A stretch of DNA of 62,526 nt, filler included, from Platydemus manokwari (lineage: Eukaryota), in the NCBI GenBank assembly GCA_037951405.1. It is 6 parts of 6 records of this genome, joined end to end, with 100 filler letters (N's around TTAATTAATTAA, not from the genome) between each part and the next. Parts side by side here need not be neighbours in the genome. Positions count along the whole stretch, not along the records: positions 53,181 to 62,526 come from JBBMOY011261207.1; 5 more parts are not named here. The stretch is one strand, 5' to 3'. Numbering within the stretch: position 1 is the first letter of the stretch; each line of letters begins with the position of its first letter. The position numbers and the translations under genes are program-made. This document shows, piece by piece, positions 54,290-62,526 of the stretch. Under the pieces are notes generated by a model. The model saw only the letters and a list, made by a program, of their open reading frames with translations. It was not told where the DNA came from and ran no database searches.

Positions 54290-55750
54290 TAAGAAAATAT
54301 ATGACAACTTGGATGATGAAAGTATAAGCTTATCTATCCTCTACGAGTAGACTGATGCAGGAACTCTAGAAGACTGAATGCAATTAATTTGTTGGTATCC
54401 TTTATTAAGTACTTGTTGACAGGGCGTCACATCATTTTATTGGAGATTGTGAATCATGGGTTGAAAATTGATTGTTTATTACGGTGGATCCATTGTTTAT
54501 ATCGCCATCTAGGTAGTATTGAATGATCCAGATCAATTATATGAATAATTGGGTGAGATGAGTGTGGTGATTACCACGTTACGCATGTGTTAATCTAGGT
54601 TTATTTAAACTTGTATGGGAATTATAAGTGGCATTGGCTTATCTTAAAAGTGCTTTTATAATGAGCGGAGACAGCAAAATTGTACTAATGTTAAAATCAG
54701 TATTTTATCATTATATTTATCATTACAATCCCAATATCTCAATCTTAATTTAATTCGCTTATATCGTAATGTGGTAGCGGAACAATATGCCGAAATAATA
54801 TGCCAACATTGAACCGATTACTATAATTTCTATTTTTTGGACACAGTGAAGTCTCCGCCCAGAGCAACACGCTATAACAGTACCAACAGAACCTACACAA
54901 ACAACCACAATCATCAATCTTGACCTGAGTTCTTATAATGAAGTCATGGAAAATACTCGTCATTTATTAAAGATATTTATGAGAAATTTTATTCTGGAAG
55001 CATTGAGTGATTCGTTATCCCCTTTTAAACTATGGTCTTCTTTACCAACGATTTAGTCACGTTGTAACGCCTTTCATACAATCCATGGAATGCGTCTATA
55101 TAGTACTGACTGAAGTACCAAACCAACTGTTTAGTCCAACTGTGTAGAGTCAATTCTGTAATTCTAATCTATACAGAATTAAAAACATCCGAAGTCATAT
55201 CAATAGGATACTACTATCTTATAAAGATCAATTAACTACTTTAGGATGAATCACTGGACAAATTCAAAGGGAAAAGCTTTTGTTTACTTATGAACAACAC
55301 TGTTTGCCATACACAAATAACTAAATTCGTATTAACGAAAATGCCTGCAAAGTGGTAATTGAAGTTAACTAGGCAATGTGACACGTAATAATAGACATAT
55401 CAATAAAATGATGTGGAGAGGTTAGATAACTGGTTTTACTTGTCGTTTTATACAACAATCTAGGATTAACTTCTTGCTCCTGAACGCCTGCGCTTTAAAA
55501 AAAATATTGTCTTGAAACTCCGAGTATACATTTACTTAGAGAGCTACATGAGCAAGCGCATCTTCCTAGTTGACATCTTATGTCCCTTTGATGATCATCT
55601 AATTTTCAAAGGGGATAAGAGTAACCTTTCACATCATAAACCACTATGTTGGATGGTTAAGCAATATAAGCCACAACCGAACGTACCATTGTGATAGGAT
55701 AACTAGGGTCGATTCCCCAAAAAACTCTGAATTTCAAAGCTTTCTAACTT
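54290..55750 (+). mobile_element. Non-LTR retrotransposon relic with restriction-like endonuclease (R2/NeSL-type)
   Basis: RT remnants YLKSAF (~54640), SDSLSPF (~55010), FFTNDLV (~55040); NNRHI; RLE IFLVDILCPFD..TIVIG*LGS. Confidence 0.7.
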
Positions 55751-56984
55751 GATGTCACCTTCAAACATGCGAGAATCTGCTCGGATGTGACATCACCACT
55801 AAGCTGGGGTGCTACTTAGTGTAAAGGAAGTGTTAGATCTGCAAACCACGGTAAGATTCCAACATCATGGTCGTGTGATCACCTTCTAGCTACAGCATTG
55901 CAAACTCATCAGGCACTAATGTAAACTCAAGATATCGAAAACGTGGGCTTTTTCTATTCAACACCTCCCTCATCGTTCTTCGAACAATCGAGCTAAACAG
56001 AAGATGATCGGCCAGATGCAGTTTTTTTACTATACAAACCTTTGAATGAACAAAGATGATAGTCAATAAATTCGTTGCAGAATTGACCTTATTGTAGAAA
56101 GATGCGGTTGTAGTTTAAAAATAACATTGTTTGCTCATTTGATTTAATCTCTTAATGTCAACAAGCATAGATAGACTTAAAGCCTCAACGGACTTCAACA
56201 GATCGAGCCTCAAAGTTGCTAATCAGTCGGTTAATTAACCTCATAAATAATCGAAAATAAAAAAATTGCACTCGAGACTATCGCAAAACAGAGAACAGTT
56301 ATTAGAATTCCCGAAGAATCTGACGTTGTCAAATTCGTGCCAAAGGCAAAGTAGCGATTGTTGAACAAAAAACAAAGTGGAGATCCAGTACTGATGTCTA
56401 CTATCCAAAATGTCAAAGCTCAAGAGAACTCCTAATTCAACTTCTAGGAATCCAATCCACCAGTTCACTGCGCACAATTTTCTTTAACTTTTGTTTGGTT
56501 AGTCGAGTATCAATACCCTTCAAGCTTTTGATCTCATATTACTTGATTGGACAAGTTTCTCCTCGTTAACTATCATAATTTGGAGTATCAAGTATTAATA
56601 AATATTTCATTCCAGATTCAACCTTTGTATTAGCTTATTTGTATGTTGTTATTTAAATAATATTTTAACATTATTTTCCCTTCTTTAATCTTAATTGAAA
56701 ATTCTTATAGTTATGATTTTAAATTTTTATAATAGCTTACCTTAACATATCTTTTTATATTATAATTAAATTAGTAACGAACTTTAGTATTTAGTGTTTT
56801 ATAATTAAAATTGTATTTATATAATTTATATTATCTTATTTTTAATATTAATAGTTGAAAATAATAATTATTATTAAATGTAAAAATAAATTGATGCAGT
56901 ATCGCCTGGTAGTTGCATTTACTAATATTTGCATATGAAGTTTAAAACAGCAAATTTAAGTTTTAAATAATTAATAATACAAAG

Positions 56985-57230
56985 AAAATCAAATTTTATT
57001 ACAAATTTACAAATATGTCACAGCATGACAATTCTAACAAAGCCAGCAATAATTTGTTTTTGTTTAAGTATGTCAACGTGATAAAAACTTTAGACATATG
57101 TTCAATAAAATATAATTTTATTATCATTATAAATATGATGAATGAAAGTCTGTTATGAAATAATACTAGTTAGAAAATTAAAGAGTAAAATTGTAATATA
57201 CATATGCTAGGATTATAAGAAGAGAATTTT
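56985..57230 (-). pseudogene. Eroded Ly6-like cassette
   Basis: LELSCCD..CNKI remnant at ~57030-56995. Confidence 0.4.
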
Positions 57231-57370
57231 AATCGTTAATCAAGCGATATTTGACAATAATATGACTTAAATATGCATCAAATTTATGATTTATCTTTAC
57301 GAATTAAAATTATGCTAATATTTAAATTAATAAATGTGGAAATTTAATTTAATTATTAATTAAATTTTAC

Positions 57371-57613
57371 CATTGAGTCCACTTATCATTCCGTTGCACA
57401 AATCACTTGTGCAGCATACCCTCGAATCAATTTGTCTGAATTTTTAATTCCACAAGTTGACGAATAGTATTTTAATCAAATTTTGTCCTATTTAATTGAT
57501 CCACGTTACTGTCTTGATACAGACAGGACAACTGTTGTGCACTGATATTCGACTTCCTTACTTTTCACAGTTGTCGCACACAATACATTTAATATTTTTG
57601 ATAGAAATTAAAA
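57371..57613 (-). pseudogene. Ly6/uPAR (three-finger) domain cassette exon, 243 nt, phase 1-1, with in-frame stops
   Basis: AG|..IKCIVCDNC..SCPVCIK..VCCTSDLCN..G|GTAAAA; the N- and C-terminal Cys motifs are in the same frame. Confidence 0.8.
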
Positions 57614-58133
57614 CTAATTAATAATAAGAACAATAAAAATAACATATAATAATGCAAATATAATGAATAATTTTATATTTTAATTGAAATATTTTGATAT
57701 TGTCAATATTTTTGATACCCAATATCTGTATAATTGTATTTTAATAGAATTTAGGAAATGAAATGGATTGATTAATTTTTATTTTAAATCCTGGCCTTTA
57801 ACCATATACTGTAGCCGAAAGCTATGAAAATAGCATTCGCTATTTCCCTAATTATGTCTTCAAATACAAATTTGTATCATAATCCAAAATCTTTCTTATA
57901 ACGTTTCCTATTCTAGAAATAGACCAATGAAAATATCTGAAATCGGCATTAATTTCTGTTTCACGTGATTATGTGTTTCTGAATCTTGTGACAAAAAATC
58001 GTGGAGTCCCCAATTTTAAGTTTAAAATAAATATTAGAAGAAATTAGCATTCATTTAAAACATTAATTTATTTTGTCTCTTTAGGTGCTTTATTTCATAA
58101 TAATACTCTTTATAATTTATAAATATCACGTAC

Positions 58134-58376
58134 CTTTCAAATAACCTGGAGTTTTTTCGTTTCAATAATCTGTGTTCAGCATATGATTTGAGCTTTACTA
58201 AGAGCTATAACAGGACAATTTTGTAGACATAATTTTTTTGAATATTTATCATCATAATTTTTATTAACATTTTTAGTCACTGTGACACAAACAGTTTGCA
58301 TTGATTTGTATATACATTGCAATTTCATTACAATGCTGAAAAAATTTACGTTTGATTTCATTGCTCAGTGGACAAC
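58134..58376 (-). pseudogene. Ly6/uPAR cassette exon, 243 nt, decayed
   Basis: TTTCAG|GCPLSNEIK..QHC..; VCVTV..KKLCLQNCP..IIC*; donor AAG|GTACGT; internal frameshifts. Confidence 0.65.
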
Positions 58377-58717
58377 CTGAAAAAACCTGCTATATATGAT
58401 GCTAAAATACGCTGTATATATTTTATAATATTTTGTTTATAAATGTTTTGTAAATATTTTATCACCTAGAAACTTTTTAGAAAAATAAAAATTATAACCA
58501 CATATTGAATGAAAATATATCAATGAAACATGCGATTAAATGCGTGTCTCTAGAACATATATATATATTCTGCTAAATTTCATTTTTTCAAGAGAATTAA
58601 TAAAAATATAATTATATTTATTATTTTAAAATAGAATTAATTATAACATCTGAGATTTTGAATAATTTTACTGAAATATTAATAGGGCAAATTATATGTA
58701 TAAAAAACAGAAATAAC

Positions 58718-58953
58718 TGTTTTTCCCATGGTCGTTGCATTGTTAATAATTGCAACAAGAAATCTCAGCCAAATTGTTTGAATTTGTTGCTTGATAGTCT
58801 TTTAAACATGATTTATCAATTGTTATTCTATTTTCCTGATCTCGCTTTTTTTGAGTACTTTTATTTTGGTAATGACGCATATTGTCAGGATGTTTGCAAT
58901 TTTGCCATGCATCACAATAAACACTTGTTAGTTTTCATAAAATATTTTTTAAT
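58718..58953 (-). pseudogene. Ly6/uPAR cassette exon, decayed
   Basis: ..QNCK..DKSCLKD..EISCCNY*QCN followed by a GT donor; the acceptor appears mutated. Confidence 0.6.
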
Positions 58954-59023
58954 TTAGATATTGAATCAGGAAAACATTTTATTAAGGATTTCATTTTGAT
59001 CTCAATATAATCAGTGAAATTAC

Positions 59024-59284
59024 CAAATAATTTTCTAGTATTGCATAAATTGAAATTGCAGCAATAAATTGATGCTGAGGAATTGGCAATACTTTCATGG
59101 CATTTTTCAACGCATGAACTTGATATCGAAATTTTCTTATTGATTGTTGTTAATAGTGATTGTTGTTAATAATGATTGTTGTTAACATGCAAAATTTGCA
59201 TTTCTCATAAATTTCTAAAGAGGTTTCTAGGTATTTGTTAAAAACGTAATAATTACATGTAACAAATATAAAAACTTGTATAAT
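59024..59284 (-). pseudogene. Ly6/uPAR cassette exon frameshifted by an internal 16-bp triplication
   Basis: KCKFCMLTTI..SSSCVEKCHE..IYCCNFNLCN..G|GTAATT; three copies of gattgttgttaat(a/c) at 59142-59185. Confidence 0.75.
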
Positions 59285-59383
59285 CTTTAAGTATGATAAT
59301 TTAGAAATAAATACCTGTATGTTTTTGATAATATTTAATATATGTTTCATATAAGAACCCATTATTAAATATAAAACTCTTAC

Positions 59384-59626
59384 TTATTCTTCTTAAATCC
59401 TCACTTATTATGCTCAGTTACGATCAGTTACAGCAAATAATAGTTTGTTTGTTGTCAAATGGTGGTGCACAGCTAGATAAACAATATTTATTTATTGTAT
59501 CAATGTTTTTTTCAGACTTTTTATGTATTGTTGATACACAAAACGAGCAGGTTTTGTAAGTCTGTATTTTTTGTTTAGTATAGTTTTGACAAATATCGCA
59601 TGTAATTGCAAAGAATTGACAACAAT
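59384..59626 (-). pseudogene. Ly6/uPAR cassette exon, 243 nt, decayed
   Basis: TTAG|DCCQFFAITCDICQN..TCSFCVS..YCLSSCAP..IICCN*; donor GTAAGA at 59383. Confidence 0.72.
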
Positions 59627-59719
59627 CTAAAAATAAACAATTTCAATCATGTGTTTATATAAATTTCATTGTTATCAACTTAATTTAAATGATAAAATAA
59701 AGTTGTGAAATTAAATCGA

Positions 59720-60860
59720 ACTTTCTAATGATTGATTGATAAACAGACACAATGTCAAATGCGTTGTTGCACATGATAATCAGAAATTTCAGAGAACCAC
59801 CTAAAATTTAATGAATCTCTAAATCATAAATTGGTTATCTAGAAGAACTAAAACGGGTGAAAATTACATCATTAAAAATTAAACCTATGATAATCTAATA
59901 ATGTTGTAAGTAATGAAAATCACTTTGTTAAAAGTTCCCATCATAGATTTAAACCAAAAAGCGAATAAAAAGTTAAACAAATTAAATTTTAATAATTTAC
60001 TTAATAAAATATTGATAAATACAGCGCAGAGTAAAATCATTTTTCGAAGGAATATGAGAAATTCTTATCGTTGGCAATTATTTAAACATTCTAAATATTG
60101 TGTACATGGCTACATAAATAAATTCTTCACTTTGTACCATTACCTCAAGTCAATATTAAAAATAATCTGCAATACAGGCATCCATGGTATCTATTTAACA
60201 ATACATTAAAACGGTTTTGTCATTATTTAAAACACAAGAATTAAAAATTTGTTGATTTGTACAGTAGAATATGAAAAACAAAATTGTATCAATATATTAT
60301 GCAGCCACCTTGTTGAGGTTGAAACTATTGTTATTAATCAGCAAGAATTCTTTTCATGAATTATGAAAAAAATTCAATTACCATCCGTTACTTCTCTAAT
60401 GACGGTAAAGGAATTTCGATTTAGTTCTGGTACTTAACGAAAGAAATGAAACGTAAACATGTAGCAGTAAACAGTTTTGCATTTATAAATTTTATTTTAA
60501 AATTATATATTTTATAATTATATCTGAAATTTAAAACAAATAAATATGTGCTTATATTATTAATAAAAATAAAAATAAATATCATTCCTAACGTGTTAAA
60601 GTTTACATCACTTATATTTTAAATGAAAATACAAAATCAGAAAACAATGAATTATACAGGGTCAGATCTAATGTAATTAGTTTAAGTGACTTTTTTAATC
60701 CAAATCACCAATATTCCTAATCGTCCAATTAGATATCGGATACCGCAAATTTTTCTACTTCTTGCTTTGACTGTAATAACCATTGCTAATTCTTTTTTTA
60801 AAAATTACATTAATGATAGTGATATTGTCCTTATTTTTAAAAATAATCAATTAACGGTAT
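59720..60860 (-). pseudogene. Further, more eroded Ly6-like cassettes (~3)
   Basis: Remnant motifs MCNN (~59770), ATCLRF at ~60460 with Y*YNF (~60290), and KICG..SDPCN (~60750-60655). Confidence 0.4.
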
Positions 60861-62526
60861 TAAATATTTCATGACTTCTTATTCCATTTGAAATAAGTAT
60901 TTATTTTTTTATTGAATATGTTATTATTATTTAATTATCATATAATTATTATTAATGAATTATTTAATCTTTAATTTGAATAACTTACAAATTTATATTT
61001 GAAAATTTTCAATAACCATTCGTAGAAATAGCATAATTTGGAAATCTAGCCGATCTTGTATTTATTCCTTATTTCAACTTCGAATGTGCATATATTTTCC
61101 TTTAAATTAGTATTTGAGATAAAATACTTGCAAGTCAAGATTTTCATGTGTTAGTTGTTTAAAATTATTAATCCTCATAGTATGGATATAAAGTATAAAT
61201 TCTTTATTAATGTCTATTATCTAAAAATTGAAAATACTATAATCTGGCCACCATTGTTTGGGGTCATCTCTTAACAGCGTGTCAAATGCGAAAGACAGCG
61301 TCATTTAATTAAGTGCGGCGAATTGCTTGGTTGTTTTCAACCAATTTTCAGCAATTTGGATTGATAGATCGACGAACTACAGCTACGGAATCAATGACTC
61401 TTGAGTTTTCAAGGCGGATTCGAAAATTTTTTCTGATTCTCTTCTCTTTTGGCTTTCGTAAATGTATTTATCTGGACGTAGTCACAAGTTAACAAATCGA
61501 GAGTTTGCATCAATGTTTATTGTTTCAAAAGCAACACACGTATTTTTCGAATATTTAAACAAATCAAATATCTAAGATTTATATAACTTTTAAAAGCAAG
61601 ATTACTATCATTAAATTTGAAAGATTTTAGAAATTGGTTACATTTATGATAAACATTTTAAAGACAAATGTTCGATATATAAGATATCCATGAATATAAA
61701 TTTACTAACATTTAATATATTTAATAAAATATTGATTAAAATAAAAAGGATGAGATACCGAAAATGTTCACTTTTGTATACCTGATACTTCATAACGAAG
61801 GTTATTAGTAGGAAAGCTACTCTAAAATGATCTAAATAGATAATTCGGCTGATATAATAAAACTCAAAATTCATGCCCCAGACCAATATTATTTATTGTT
61901 AATCTTCCCATTAATATTAATAATATACACTGATTATTATCATTATTATTATTGTTGTTGTTATTGCTATTATTATTGCTATTATTATTATTCTAATTGT
62001 TAGTATTAATATGAAATTTTTTATTAAGACAGCATAAAAAAATAAATTAAAAACACATATTAAAGTAACAAAAAAAATTAAATATAGTAAAAGTGAGTGG
62101 AATGCGCCGGCGATATCTTTGTTAAATTGGATGTCGTCTTTTGGCCATGTTTCACGAGAGTGATTATCTATAGAGTGCGGCGCAGCCAAAAGAATTAAAA
62201 AATATGCCCATATCAATGAAAGTTCTGATTGCTGACCAGAGATAATATTAGGCCTACTTTTTGTTTTTTAATTAAAAAAATTATATCACAAATAACATGA
62301 AAAAATATAAATAAAATAAATTTAAATAATCACTTCATTTGTGTTAGTGGCTAACACTTCATTGCTTTTTATATTGTATTCGAAACTCATAACTAAGTGT
62401 AAAAATCTATTTCATATTAAAGATTATCTAAACAAAATTTCCTTCTTTAATAAATATATTAGGCTGAGTCAAAAGTTATTCATGTTTTTTAGTTGTTTAA
62501 AGTTTTTGTTTTACCAAATCATTTAA

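Noticed and set aside
61917-62216. Hydrophobic 99-aa ORF
   Set aside because: The C-terminal Ile run comes from an (ATT)n microsatellite; no recognisable domain.

Overview
AT-rich eukaryotic DNA, most likely a planarian or other flatworm (inferred from the flatworm-type [20 protein letters not shown] myosin N-terminus and ~50-bp introns). The window is six contigs joined by identical artificial 100-bp N44-TTAATTAATTAA-N44 linkers, so adjacency across linkers is not proven. It contains a complete 24-exon muscle myosin II heavy chain gene (minus strand, 17693-10636, ~1947 aa) and the 5' 15 exons of a second MHC paralogue (plus strand, 27014-30401). It also holds a spliced C2H2 zinc-finger gene (44917-49868) and many decayed transposons: Ty3/gypsy, mariner, pogo/Tigger, Merlin, Polinton-type polB, an RLE-type non-LTR element and a hAT MITE. 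A ~150-bp satellite lies at the end of the fifth contig. The most unusual feature is missed by the ORF track: a tandem array of decayed, symmetric phase 1-1 cassette exons (three are exactly 243 nt), each encoding one Ly6/uPAR three-finger domain, at ~53.7-60.9 kb. Similar relics lie at ~0.2-6.8 kb. The array could be a Dscam-like alternatively spliced locus or a dead multi-domain gene.
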